The translations under genes were made by a program, and so were the position numbers. From the NCBI GenBank assembly GCA_032161105.1, contig JAVHTD010000008.1: a stretch of 64,000 bases of DNA. One strand, given 5' to 3'. The notes beneath the pieces were generated by a model. That model was not told the DNA's origin, made no database searches, and saw only the letters and a list, made by a program, of their open reading frames with translations. This document shows, piece by piece, positions 1 to 9,724 of the stretch; positions within the stretch are counted from its first letter, which is position 1, and the number at the start of each line of letters is the position of its first letter. The DNA comes from Candidatus Thermosaccharophagus tengchongensis. GTDB taxonomy: Bacteria; Armatimonadota; Fervidibacteria; Fervidibacterales; Thermosaccharophagaceae.

Positions 1-258
1 CTTGTAAAGGTTATCGTAAACTTCAACTGGAATTTGCCTTCCCCTTGACCAACCTATCTCGGTTCCGACCATGCTCACAGGTCCCCAGTGAATGAAGATG
101 CCGAACCTTGCCTCCCTCCACCATTTCATTCTCGCTTCGTATTGCTCCCTCGTCTCACCGGGCACGCTTGAGATAACCGCTTGCGCCTGTAAGGGCAAAA
201 CAGCCCACAATGTCAGGAGGAACATTGCCCACTTAGCGCAAGCTGCGGGCTTGTTCAT
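1..258 (-). CDS. Alpha-L-fucosidase (GH29), 5' part; runs off the window edge
   Basis: Not in the ORF track. Manual translation from ATG at 258 gives MNKPAACAKWAMFLLTLWAVLPLQAQA...RMKWWREARFGIFIHWGPVS...EIGWSR: a signal peptide plus the GH29 WWxxARFGxFIHWG motif. GGGGTGA RBS upstream. Confidence 0.88.
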   Translation of the reverse strand, partial: MNKPAACAKWAMFLLTLWAVLPLQAQAVISSVPGETREQYEARMKWWREARFGIFIHWGPVSMVGTEIGWSRGRQIPVEVYDNLYK

Positions 259-419
259 TTTAATCACCCCGCCAATTCCATCACAGTTTGCGCAGTGAGG
301 CTGTTTAGCACACCGTGCATTGTTGCGCACGACGCTCAAAATGCCTAACATGCCATTATGGTTGCCTTACCGAGGCATTGCCATTGACTCAAGGTTGACC
401 TGTTTCAATTCGCTAAGGA

Positions 420-1412
420 GTGATGTGCATGAGTGAGCATGGCGATGTTGAAAGGGCTGTCATTGGGTTAGATGTGGGCAATACGCGCATAACTGCTGCC
501 ATCGTAGCGGTGTCGGGGAATGTGCTTGCGATGATTCGCCGCCCAACTGATGCTGTAGGTGGTGCAGCTGCATGCTATAGGCAAATTGATGAGATGGTTA
601 GCCAGTTAGTCTCTATGGCACGAGAACGGTGCATACCCGTGAGTTCCATCGGTGTCGGTTTTGGTGGTCCGGTGGACTATGAGCGTGGGCGAATTGTGCG
701 TTCGCATCATGTTGCCGGCTGGGAGGGTTTCCCGCTGCGCCAATTGCTCTATGAAAGGTTCAACCTGCCCGTTGTGCTTGACAATGATGCCAATGCCGGT
801 GCGCTCGGTGAGTTGCTGTTCGGAGCTGCAAGGGGGTGCAGGAATGCGCTTTATGTTAACATTGGCACGGGCATTGGTGGCGCAATCATCTCCGATGGAA
901 AGCTTGTGCGTGGCGAAAATAACCTCGCCGGTGAGATCGGTCACATCGTTGTTGTGAGGGGCGGTCCAAAATGCGGCTGTGGCAAGAGCGGTTGCCTTGA
1001 AGCTGTGGCAAGCGGCTCTGGCATCGGCAGGCGTGCGACCGAATTGATACAGCGTGGCGATGTTGAGACATCGCTCCCGAAGCGCAGCGTCACATCAAAG
1101 GAGGTTTTTGAAGCAGCGCTACAAGGAGACAAGCTCGCAGTGATGGTTGTTGATGAAGCCGTTGAACACCTTGCGCATGGTCTCGGGATAGCCGTCACAT
1201 TGCTCAATCCGAGAATCGTCATCATTGGCGGCGGTCTTTCCGAAGCCCCCGAGAGGTTGCTCCTTGAGCCGCTTCGTGAGCGCATTTCAAAGTATGCACT
1301 TGATGTAGCGCTGAGTGGCTTGGAGATAGTTAACGCCAAATTGCGCTATGATGCAGGTGTGCTTGGAGCAGCAGCGCTTGCGATTTTGGAAGGAGGTGCT
1401 GAATATGATTGA
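420..1412 (+). CDS. ROK-family sugar kinase (glucokinase-like)
   Basis: GLDVGNT, DNDANAGALGE, GTGIGG, GEIGH and CGCGKSGCLE Zn motif. Probable start at ATG 429. Confidence 0.92.
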   Translation: MMCMSEHGDVERAVIGLDVGNTRITAAIVAVSGNVLAMIRRPTDAVGGAAACYRQIDEMVSQLVSMARERCIPVSSIGVGFGGPVDYERGRIVRSHHVAGWEGFPLRQLLYERFNLPVVLDNDANAGALGELLFGAARGCRNALYVNIGTGIGGAIISDGKLVRGENNLAGEIGHIVVVRGGPKCGCGKSGCLEAVASGSGIGRRATELIQRGDVETSLPKRSVTSKEVFEAALQGDKLAVMVVDEAVEHLAHGLGIAVTLLNPRIVIIGGGLSEAPERLLLEPLRERISKYALDVALSGLEIVNAKLRYDAGVLGAAALAILEGGAEYD

Positions 1413-2253
1413 CCTGAGTGAGCGGCTGGGTCTGCCAATAAAACTCGTCCAAACGGACAGTGGGTGGATGCTTGAGCTCGGCAGGGAAGTGAAAAGCGCA
1501 AAGCCACAACCGAGGCACATTAGCGACTTGAAACCGGTCTTGCGCAACCCACAGGCGAATACGCCCGATGTGCTCTATTGGATGTTTAGGGATGTGAGGT
1601 TAGCCGGTGATGAAGGCGCATTGCGTTCAAGCGTGCCATTGCTTCGCTATGACATCTCGCTCTTTATGCCCGGTGTCATGTCGGTCAATGGTGAGGTGAA
1701 GGACGGGGATGAGTTCATCAAGGCGTTTGGACACTACCATCCGTATCTCCGCAGTGGGTATGTCACATTCCCCGAAGTCTACGAGGTTGCCTACGGAAGG
1801 ATGCTGTTCATCTTTCAGGAGCCGGAGGATGTGTTTCAGCCAATGAAGGGCATACGCAGAGTGCTCATAGTTGAAGTTGATGCTGTAGACGAGAGGAAGC
1901 TTGTGGTTGTGCCGCCGAACTTTGGTCATGTGGCTGTCGTAGTCGGCGATGAGCCAGTTGTCACTTCAAACTGGGTTGCGCGCATCTTTGACTCGCAATA
2001 CGCGCCATTCGCAATGATGCGCGGCGCCGCTTACTACATCATCAAGAGGGGCAACGATTGGGCATATGAGCCAAACCCAAGTTATGGTCGCTTGCCATTG
2101 CCGGAAGTCATCCCGTCAACTGCGCTTGATACATTCGGCATACCGACAGATGAGCCAATCTATTCCGCATGCCTGCGCCAGCCAAAGCCCTTCTCGGTCT
2201 TGACAGAACCTCCGGTGCCGCCGCTTGAGGCTCAAGCCATGCAACAGCTATAG
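1405..2253 (+). CDS. Cupin-type (archaeal-like) glucose-6-phosphate isomerase family protein
   Basis: YWMFRDV, LRYDI, GHYHP...PEVYEV...PPNFGH cupin metal ligands. ATG 1405 follows AGGAGGT and overlaps the ROK gene stop. Confidence 0.8.
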   Translation: MIDLSERLGLPIKLVQTDSGWMLELGREVKSAKPQPRHISDLKPVLRNPQANTPDVLYWMFRDVRLAGDEGALRSSVPLLRYDISLFMPGVMSVNGEVKDGDEFIKAFGHYHPYLRSGYVTFPEVYEVAYGRMLFIFQEPEDVFQPMKGIRRVLIVEVDAVDERKLVVVPPNFGHVAVVVGDEPVVTSNWVARIFDSQYAPFAMMRGAAYYIIKRGNDWAYEPNPSYGRLPLPEVIPSTALDTFGIPTDEPIYSACLRQPKPFSVLTEPPVPPLEAQAMQQL

Positions 2254-2255
2254 CA

Positions 2256-5200
2256 TCACCTGACCAACTTGAGGATGAGCACATCATCCGGCGGGAGCTT
2301 ATGGCGCACCGTTATTGTGTTCCCATGCCAGCTGATGGGCATCGCGATTTCCCGTTGCTCATCCAAGCTCAGCACCATCACTTTTGTTCGCTCATTCAAG
2401 CGCAGCGCAGCGGCATCTATTGTGAGCGTGAATTCCTGTGGCGCATCGCTATCGTTGAGGACGGTGAGAAAGATTTCCCCTGAGGCTCCATAGCGTTCAA
2501 CATACACTTTCTCGTTATCCGTCCATGCATGCGTTATCGGCTCCCAGCCGGCTTTGGCGAGCGTTTGTATCAACGGGATGTAGCGCTTGAACAAATCCCT
2601 GTCTCGCTCATACCATTTCTTTGGCGATGCCCAATATGGGTCTTTTGATGCAGCCTCCTCATCAAACATGCTCGGGAAGATGGCATAGAATGCGCATCGC
2701 TTCATGTATCGTTCAACGAATTCGCGCTTGAATCGTTCGTAGTTTGTGTTCATGAGCAGGCAATATGGCTTTCGGTATGACAGCGCACGCCAATAGCTCA
2801 TCATCTCATCGCGTGTTGGCTCATACTTATCGCCGCGCATCCAGTTCACCTCAACTCCCATCACATCAAGCAAGTGTGCCGGGAAGGGAAAGCGCTGCAA
2901 GACAGCATTGGCAAACATCAATTTGTTCCGCCCGTGCATCTTTTCAGCGAGCCATCTTGCAAACTCATAAACGGAAAAGAACAGCATCTGGCAGGGTGTG
3001 CCGTGCGCATCAAAGACGAGTGGCAGTTTGGCATAGCGCCAATGCTCACGCCTGTAATTCAAAGTGGTTGCACCCATTTCAAGCGAGTCAAGATAGACGC
3101 CGTCAAGCTCCCCCTTCGCCAATTCCTCAAAGCTTTCGTTGACAAGGAGGTTCTCCCCACCGACCTCGCCAAAGAAGGCGTCGTCAAACCAAACGGTGCC
3201 AGAATGTGTTCTCCTGAAAAGCAGGTGCAATGTGGCTCTTTCCACCGGGCGCTTCGGTTGGAAGAGCCTTTCCGCCTTCTTCCAATCATGCGTGCCAGTC
3301 TCAAACTCAGCCGTTAAGCCCCAATGGGGAGTTCCGTCATCGTAAATCAAGTCAACATAGACCGCGTAGTTTGAGCTCGGCTTCCCCGTGACAGCCTCTG
3401 CTTTGCTCCAAGCGTTGAACAGCAGCGGTCTTGGTTCCTTTTGATTGAGCACAACGGTTTGCGAGATGCCGAGCTCCATCCCGAGCTTCTCGGCGCTGCA
3501 CCTTATTGAATGCTTTCCGGTGCGAGCCACCCTATCATCAAGCGAAAAGCCAGCGCCATATGCTACCCATCCTTTAACCAATCCCCTCCTTGAGCGTTCA
3601 AACGCGCCCTCAATTGTTTGCATCATGATGCTTGCCTTCGTTTCCTTCCCGTTTGGCGTTCCGATGTCCGGGTCTGGATTGAGCAATATGAGTGCGCCAT
3701 CGCACCACGGCGCCTTAGTTATGGAGAGGACAATTTGTCCGTTGCGCCCATGAACTCCGCTTGTGAAGGTGGCTATAGCCATCCGGCGGCGAAGTTCACC
3801 CCTTGCACCTTCGGCATCCATCCTCAGGGTTTCAATCACAGCTTCGTAAGTTCGCGGCGTCTCCTTTGGCAACGGCAGCCAGTGGCTCATTGGCTCAACA
3901 TAAACGAAGCTGTATATGCCATGCTGTTCATCAAACGGGACATTGTTGTCACCTTCGTGGAAGGCAAACCCAAAGTCCTCAAAGTTGCGCACAGTCGCGA
4001 TGTCGGTGAAAGGCATCCAAATACCCTCTCGCTCCACGCGCTTGATGAAAGCCTCGGGGAAGAGGTCGTAAAATTTTTGAAGAGCTGAGCGCATGCGCCA
4101 TCTCGGCTCAAATCGGTAAATGACAAAGCTGAAGCTCGCCCGCGATGGGAAGTTGATTGTTTCCCGTGAGAGCCCCAAGTCGAAGGCGCAATACAGTTCA
4201 CGGCTCGCTGCATTGTAGGCTATGCGAAACAGCCTTGGGACATCCAATGGTATGGCTAAACAAAGTCCGTCTGTGTCGCTGCTGATAGCCCCAATCGGAT
4301 ACCAAGACATCTTTCCATTCGCGCCGGCACCGACATTGATGGAATTGATGTATTCTCGTTCACCATCAATGCGCTCATTGCGTCTGATGTCATTTGACCA
4401 GAACCAACCGATTGCGTTAACCGGCAGAGCGAAGTAAACCGTTACTGCCCTATCAGTTCCGCTCAAGTCCTCAATTTCTCCGTCCACTCGCACGCATTGC
4501 TTCACGGCTTTAAAATCAGCCCGCAGGCGAAGCTTCAACTCATCATCGGTTGCGCTCAGTTGAGCGCCATAACTTGTTAACTTGACCTTCCCAAGCGGTT
4601 GACGGAAGTGCGAAGCGGCTGCCACATCACGGATATAGAATCCGCCAATGCCATGGTCAGTTATGACCTGTCCCGTATTCGCATCTATGCTTATTGCCAT
4701 TCCGTCATCGGTGCGCAGCGTGATCAACTTCGGTTTCCCAACTGGCTTGTAAGCACCTGTGGTGACTGGCACGCCGTCAAACCTGTATGCGCCCTTGGGC
4801 AGGGCGAGCTCAACCAGCTTAATGTCATCAAACCAGACCGTTCCAGTGTGCCCACGAAATAGCGCATAAACATTAACCCTACCGATTGGCTTGTCTGGGA
4901 GCACAATAACACGGCGCACTTGCCAGTCATGTGAGCCGCAATCAAAGGGAGAGTTTTGTCCCCACAGCGGTGTGCCATCGGTGTAGATTATGTCCAAGTA
5001 AAGCGAGTATCCGCTTGATGGCGTCCCACTTACACCCTTTGCCATGCTCCAACACTCAGCGATGATCGGCGTCGGCTCGCGTTGGTTCAACTCAATGGAC
5101 TGGAAGATGCCCAATTCATCCCTCGGATCGCTGCTTTCGCACCTTGCAGAACGCTTTCCCGTGCGAGCAACCCTCTCGTCAACCTCATATCCGCGTTTCC

Positions 5201-5375
5201 ACGCCTGCCAAAACGAGTGTTGCTTCGCATCACCGATCTCAAAGCTCTCGTTCTTGAGCAGGTTGGGCAAACCCGCAATGTCGGCAGTTATTGAGCGCTT
5301 GACGACAATGGATTGGGAGTAGGCACTGCATGGCATCGTCACAAGTGCCATTAGAGCGAAGATGTTGCGCCGCAT
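2256..5375 (-). CDS. Large secreted putative glycoside hydrolase with two CBM4/9-like modules
   Basis: Signal peptide from ATG 5375 (GGAGGTGA RBS). Two homologous jelly-roll modules ending in TVWFDD, and a DGVYLDS barrel-like motif. Confidence 0.65.
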   Translation of the reverse strand: MRRNIFALMALVTMPCSAYSQSIVVKRSITADIAGLPNLLKNESFEIGDAKQHSFWQAWKRGYEVDERVARTGKRSARCESSDPRDELGIFQSIELNQREPTPIIAECWSMAKGVSGTPSSGYSLYLDIIYTDGTPLWGQNSPFDCGSHDWQVRRVIVLPDKPIGRVNVYALFRGHTGTVWFDDIKLVELALPKGAYRFDGVPVTTGAYKPVGKPKLITLRTDDGMAISIDANTGQVITDHGIGGFYIRDVAAASHFRQPLGKVKLTSYGAQLSATDDELKLRLRADFKAVKQCVRVDGEIEDLSGTDRAVTVYFALPVNAIGWFWSNDIRRNERIDGEREYINSINVGAGANGKMSWYPIGAISSDTDGLCLAIPLDVPRLFRIAYNAASRELYCAFDLGLSRETINFPSRASFSFVIYRFEPRWRMRSALQKFYDLFPEAFIKRVEREGIWMPFTDIATVRNFEDFGFAFHEGDNNVPFDEQHGIYSFVYVEPMSHWLPLPKETPRTYEAVIETLRMDAEGARGELRRRMAIATFTSGVHGRNGQIVLSITKAPWCDGALILLNPDPDIGTPNGKETKASIMMQTIEGAFERSRRGLVKGWVAYGAGFSLDDRVARTGKHSIRCSAEKLGMELGISQTVVLNQKEPRPLLFNAWSKAEAVTGKPSSNYAVYVDLIYDDGTPHWGLTAEFETGTHDWKKAERLFQPKRPVERATLHLLFRRTHSGTVWFDDAFFGEVGGENLLVNESFEELAKGELDGVYLDSLEMGATTLNYRREHWRYAKLPLVFDAHGTPCQMLFFSVYEFARWLAEKMHGRNKLMFANAVLQRFPFPAHLLDVMGVEVNWMRGDKYEPTRDEMMSYWRALSYRKPYCLLMNTNYERFKREFVERYMKRCAFYAIFPSMFDEEAASKDPYWASPKKWYERDRDLFKRYIPLIQTLAKAGWEPITHAWTDNEKVYVERYGASGEIFLTVLNDSDAPQEFTLTIDAAALRLNERTKVMVLSLDEQREIAMPISWHGNTITVRHKLPPDDVLILKLVR

Positions 5376-5439
5376 GATGCTAATCACCTCCATCGCTGTG
5401 AAGCGTCGCATTTATGCACTTGGCGAAGCGCGAGCCGTC

Positions 5440-6027
5440 TCATTGTGGATGTGCTGCCGAGAGCTTGTGAGCAAGTTTTTTTGCCTCCCTCAGCGCATTT
5501 GGGTGATTGAGCACATCGCCCTTTCCCTCAACACCTCGCACGAGCAATTCGCCGGCATACTCAGCGCCGATGGCTTCAAAGAAATACTTGACCGTTAGTC
5601 GGACACCATCAAATAGCCTTCGCCCAGATGTTGCCCCGACGGCTATAAGATAGCCCTTGCGCTTTGGTGCATCATCGGCGACTTTAAGCTTATGCTTCCT
5701 CGCCCAAAGTGCCTGCGCCCTATCAATGGCGCATTTAAGCTGCGCTGGCACATGATAGAAGAAGATCGGCGTTGCAATGACTATGGCATCGGCGCTGTCA
5801 AGCTTTTCGTATATCAACTGCATCTCGTCCTCAATGACGCACCTTCCAGTTGTCTCGCATGAGCCACACTCAATGCATGGCGAGACCTTGAGCTCCCTCA
5901 CATATATGCGCTCAACCGATGCCCCAAGCATTTCCGCCTCGTTGAGCAGCGCATCAAGTAACAAGTCGCTATTTCCGCCCTTTCTCGGGCTCCCGAAGAT
6001 GCCCAACACCTTCACTCGTGCTTGCAC
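5440..6027 (-). CDS. Flavodoxin-fold iron-sulfur flavoprotein / NADPH-dependent FMN reductase
   Basis: GSPRKGGNS, PCIECGSCETTGRC Cys cluster, ATPIFF, KCAIDR. Confidence 0.88.
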   Translation of the reverse strand: MQARVKVLGIFGSPRKGGNSDLLLDALLNEAEMLGASVERIYVRELKVSPCIECGSCETTGRCVIEDEMQLIYEKLDSADAIVIATPIFFYHVPAQLKCAIDRAQALWARKHKLKVADDAPKRKGYLIAVGATSGRRLFDGVRLTVKYFFEAIGAEYAGELLVRGVEGKGDVLNHPNALREAKKLAHKLSAAHPQ

Positions 6028-6157
6028 CCCATTTGCGCGTCATTGAAAATTCTCACTGTCGCTCTCGCTTGATGCTCGTCATGGTTGATTATAGCCGTAA
6101 ACCCAATCCCGCCGCGTGCGATAAGGCGCTGTCGGAGAAGCAGCGCATCGGTGTAAC

Positions 6158-7315
6158 ATGTTTTGTGAGGTGATGGCGATGACTGGATATGAGCGCTTTA
6201 TGGCTGCGTTAAGGCGTGAGGAGCCAGACAGAGTCCCAATTTGGGAACTCGTTATAAACGAACCGACACTGACTGCGTTTGGCGCCTCGTCGCTTGAGGA
6301 GTTCGTTGAGATGGAAGACCTTGATGGCATTTGCATATTTGAGGACATGCGCCTCAGACCGATTGAGGCTGAGGAGAAGGAAGAACTTGTGTGGCGTGGC
6401 AGGACAATTCACGGTGGTGAGGGCAGGCTCGTCGTTGACGAGTGGGGCATCGTTTGGGGCATGTCTGAGTTTGGCATCCCATACCCAGTTGATGGACCAA
6501 TAAAGTCGCGTGAGGACTTAAAGCGCTATGAGCCACCGAACCCAAATGATGAGCACCGCTTGCAATCGCTCCGAGAGGCAGTAAAGCGCTTTAAAGGCAG
6601 GAAGGCGATTGTCTTCCTCACGCACGATGGGTTTGAGTTTCCGCACTACCTGCGAGGTGGCATGGAAAATTTGCTTGCCGACTATATTGAGGACCCATAC
6701 ATGGCACATGCCGTTGCCGAGATTGTCATTGAATACAAGATCAAGTTGATGCAGCGCGCCATTGACGAGGGAGCCGATGTAGTTGTATCTGGTGATGACT
6801 ACGCCACGAGGAAGGGGTTGATAATGTCGCCAAAGCACTTCCGGGAGTTCATCCTGCCGTATTTGAAGCGAAGCATTGATGCAGCGCATGAGCGCGGTGC
6901 TTACTACATCAAACACACCGACGGAAACATATGGGCGATACTTGATGACCTTGTTGAAGCCGGAATAGACGCTATTGACCCGCTTGAGCCGATAGCCGGA
7001 ATGGACATCGGTGAAGTGAAGGCAAAGTATGGTGACAGGATTGCGGTCGTTGGAAATGTTGATTGCTCATATCTGCTCTGCTATGGGACAGTTGACGAAG
7101 TGGTTGAGGCAGTCAAGGAGACGATTGCAAAGGCATCCTGTGGTGGTGGTCACATACTCGCTTCAAGCAACTCAATTCACCCAGCCGTGAAGCCGGAGCT
7201 TTACAAGGCAATGGTTGAGGCTGCGAAGGAATTCGGGCGTTACCCAATTGATCAGGAGCTCATCTCCGCATATCGCAGCAGGAATTACATCGCAAAATAC
7301 ATCGCGGGCGGATAA
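6158..7315 (+). CDS. Uroporphyrinogen decarboxylase/methyltransferase (UroD/MtaA) family protein
   Basis: EPDRVP, VDEWG, GDDYA, HTDGN, GNVDC, GGHILASSNSIH. Confidence 0.85.
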   Translation: MFCEVMAMTGYERFMAALRREEPDRVPIWELVINEPTLTAFGASSLEEFVEMEDLDGICIFEDMRLRPIEAEEKEELVWRGRTIHGGEGRLVVDEWGIVWGMSEFGIPYPVDGPIKSREDLKRYEPPNPNDEHRLQSLREAVKRFKGRKAIVFLTHDGFEFPHYLRGGMENLLADYIEDPYMAHAVAEIVIEYKIKLMQRAIDEGADVVVSGDDYATRKGLIMSPKHFREFILPYLKRSIDAAHERGAYYIKHTDGNIWAILDDLVEAGIDAIDPLEPIAGMDIGEVKAKYGDRIAVVGNVDCSYLLCYGTVDEVVEAVKETIAKASCGGGHILASSNSIHPAVKPELYKAMVEAAKEFGRYPIDQELISAYRSRNYIAKYIAGG

Positions 7316-7448
7316 AATTGTGGCGGCGGATTCCGCCTTCCCGTTGACGCCGTGGGTGAACCGAGTTGCAGATGTTGCAGGGTTCCGTTGGTGGGAATGG
7401 GGCGTGCGTTTAAGCGGTTGTTAATTTCGCCTTTTGGGGGTGGTAGTG

Positions 7449-8519
7449 ATGACACGCCGTCAGATGCTGACAGCGTTTGGCGGTGCAGCGTTAGGCGCTG
7501 TAGTCTCCTCCGTTGTTGCTCCACAGGTGCGTCAGTTGCCTGAAGCAACTTCAAAGAGGTTGCCCCGTTGGCGCGGCTTCAACTTGCTGGAAAAGTTTAA
7601 TGTCGGTCGCAATCAGCGCTTCGTTGAGAGTGACTTTGAGTGGATAGCTGAGTTGGGCTTCAATTTTGTGCGTTTGCCGATGGACTATAGGTGTTGGATT
7701 GAGCCCGGCGATTGGACGAAGTTGCGTGAGGAGGTGCTCAGGGAAATTGATGAGGCAGTTCGGTTTGGCGAGAAGTATGGCATTCATGTGTGCATCAACT
7801 TTCATCGCGCCCCGGGATACACTGTTGCTCGTCCGCCAGAACCAAAATCGCTTTGGACTGATGAGGAGGCACAGAGTGTCTGTGCGATGCATTGGGGGCA
7901 CTTTGCGAAGCGCTACAGTGGTATTCCGAATTCGCAATTGAGTTTCAATCTGTTCAATGAGCCGCCTCGCATTGATCCGCAAGTGCATCGCAAAGTTGTT
8001 GAGCGCATGCTTGAAGCCATCCGCAAGCAAGATGAGCAGCGCCTCGTGATATGCGATGGGCGTGATTGGGGCAATACTGCTCCAATGGAATTACTTGGGT
8101 TGAATGTCGCAGCTGCAACGAGGGGCTATCAACCGTTTAGGTTGACTCACTATCGCGCTGAATGGGTTGGCGGCTCAGACAAATGGGCTGAACCGACTTA
8201 TCCGCTGAAGGATGGGGACACCCTTTGGGACATTAACCGCCTGCGCGAGTTTTATCGCCCTTGGAAGGAACTTGAGATGAAAGGGGTTGGCGTCATGGTC
8301 GGCGAATTCGGGGCTTACAACAAGACGCCACACAAAGTTGTCTTGGATTGGATGCGAGATTGCCTGACGGTTTGGAAGGAGATGGGTTGGGGATGGGCAT
8401 TGTGGAACTTCAGGGGTTCATTCGGAATATTGGACAGCGGTCGTAGCGATGTCGCTTACGAAAGTTGGCGTGGTCATAAGCTTGACAGAGCTATGCTTGA
8501 GTTGCTCCAAGCGTTTTGA
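7449..8519 (+). CDS. Tat-exported GH5 glycoside hydrolase (cellulase family)
   Basis: MTRRQML twin-arginine signal; RGFNL, GFNFVRLP, NEP acid/base, VGEFG nucleophile, WALWNF. Confidence 0.9.
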   Translation: MTRRQMLTAFGGAALGAVVSSVVAPQVRQLPEATSKRLPRWRGFNLLEKFNVGRNQRFVESDFEWIAELGFNFVRLPMDYRCWIEPGDWTKLREEVLREIDEAVRFGEKYGIHVCINFHRAPGYTVARPPEPKSLWTDEEAQSVCAMHWGHFAKRYSGIPNSQLSFNLFNEPPRIDPQVHRKVVERMLEAIRKQDEQRLVICDGRDWGNTAPMELLGLNVAAATRGYQPFRLTHYRAEWVGGSDKWAEPTYPLKDGDTLWDINRLREFYRPWKELEMKGVGVMVGEFGAYNKTPHKVVLDWMRDCLTVWKEMGWGWALWNFRGSFGILDSGRSDVAYESWRGHKLDRAMLELLQAF

Positions 8520-8549
8520 GCCGGGTGGGCGCAATCGGTGCGCGTTGGT

Positions 8550-9452
8550 TTAGGCTTCCTCTGAGTGTCCAACATGTGCAAGGACGATGGCGCCATACAC
8601 TCCGGCTTTGTCACCGAGCCTTGCTGGGACAACTGGTGGGCGATAGCGTTTAGGATAAACCTTGAGCATTTGCTCGTAATAGTTTCGCAGCGGCTTTAAT
8701 AGCATTTCGCCTCTGGCGAGCATTCCACCGCACAGGATGAGCACTTCCGCCGATGTATGAACGGCTATGTTAACCAAACCCTGTGCGAGTCTCATGGCAA
8801 TTTCATCCCATGCCCTTTGATCCTCAAGTTCGTGTGGTGGGACACCATAACGGCGCTGTATTCCGGTTGCCGAGACAAAGGCTTCAAGGCATCCCCTTTG
8901 ACCGCAGTTGCACTCCGGACCGTTTGGGTCAATTATTTGATGCCCGGCTTCAACATCCAAAGAGCCGTGATAGATGCGCCCGTCAATGATGTGAAAGTAG
9001 CCGATGCCGGTGCCGAGTGTGAAGCCGGCTACTATGCGCTTGCCCTTGCCGGCACCCAATGTGGCTTCTCCGAGACCGGCTACATTGGCATCGTTATCAA
9101 GCAACACTTTCACACCGAGCTTCTGTTCAAGCTTCTTGAAGCTTACATTGCACCAAGGCAGGTTTGGCGTATCGTATACAAAAGCCTTCCTCCAATCAAG
9201 CGGTCCTGGTGAGCCAATCCCGACGCGCCTAATTTCATCCTTACCCAACTGCCCTATTGCATCGGCGAGCATGTCAATCTGAGTATCAAAGTCGGGTTGT
9301 GTGCGGAACGAGATGAGTTTGAGTCTGCCGTTTGGAAGGACAGTTCCGATGCGTGTGCTTTGTCCGCCTATGTCAACGCCGACGCATCCAACTAAATCGC
9401 TTCGGCGAAGTCCACATGGCATTGTCATCCCTTCGCCACCCCCAATGCGCAC
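8550..9452 (-). CDS. ROK-family protein
   Basis: GVDIGG, DNDANVAGLGE, GTGIG, EAGH, CNCGQRGCLE. Confidence 0.9.
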   Translation of the reverse strand: MRIGGGEGMTMPCGLRRSDLVGCVGVDIGGQSTRIGTVLPNGRLKLISFRTQPDFDTQIDMLADAIGQLGKDEIRRVGIGSPGPLDWRKAFVYDTPNLPWCNVSFKKLEQKLGVKVLLDNDANVAGLGEATLGAGKGKRIVAGFTLGTGIGYFHIIDGRIYHGSLDVEAGHQIIDPNGPECNCGQRGCLEAFVSATGIQRRYGVPPHELEDQRAWDEIAMRLAQGLVNIAVHTSAEVLILCGGMLARGEMLLKPLRNYYEQMLKVYPKRYRPPVVPARLGDKAGVYGAIVLAHVGHSEEA

Positions 9453-9473
9453 ACTGTGGGAGAATCTTTAGGC

Positions 9474-9686
9474 TCACCTTGAGCCACCGTGTTGCTTCAC
9501 TGGCTCAAGCTTTTCAACGCCCAATGGGGCAAGGATGCTCATTGGGACTGATGGCATTGTGAGTGCCGGCGAAGTTGCAGTCGGATGAAATCCCCTCGGT
9601 TTGCGTGTGTTCATCGCCACGATGCACACTGCAGTGAGTATGCACGCTATGGCGATGATGAGCATTGCCAACTCCTTGTTCTTCAT
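9474..9686 (-). CDS. Small hypothetical protein with N-terminal membrane anchor
   Basis: 70 aa with a KNKE lead and hydrophobic helix, GGTGA RBS; fills the gap between two same-strand genes. Confidence 0.5.
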   Translation of the reverse strand: MKNKELAMLIIAIACILTAVCIVAMNTRKPRGFHPTATSPALTMPSVPMSILAPLGVEKLEPVKQHGGSR

Positions 9687-9724
9687 GGCGCATCACCATG
9701 CAAAGTGTGCCATATGCGATTGCC

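Noticed and set aside
92..298. Plus-strand 68-aa ORF and the many other short overlapping ORFs in the track
   Set aside because: They are shadows of well-supported genes; this one lies antisense to the GH29 gene.
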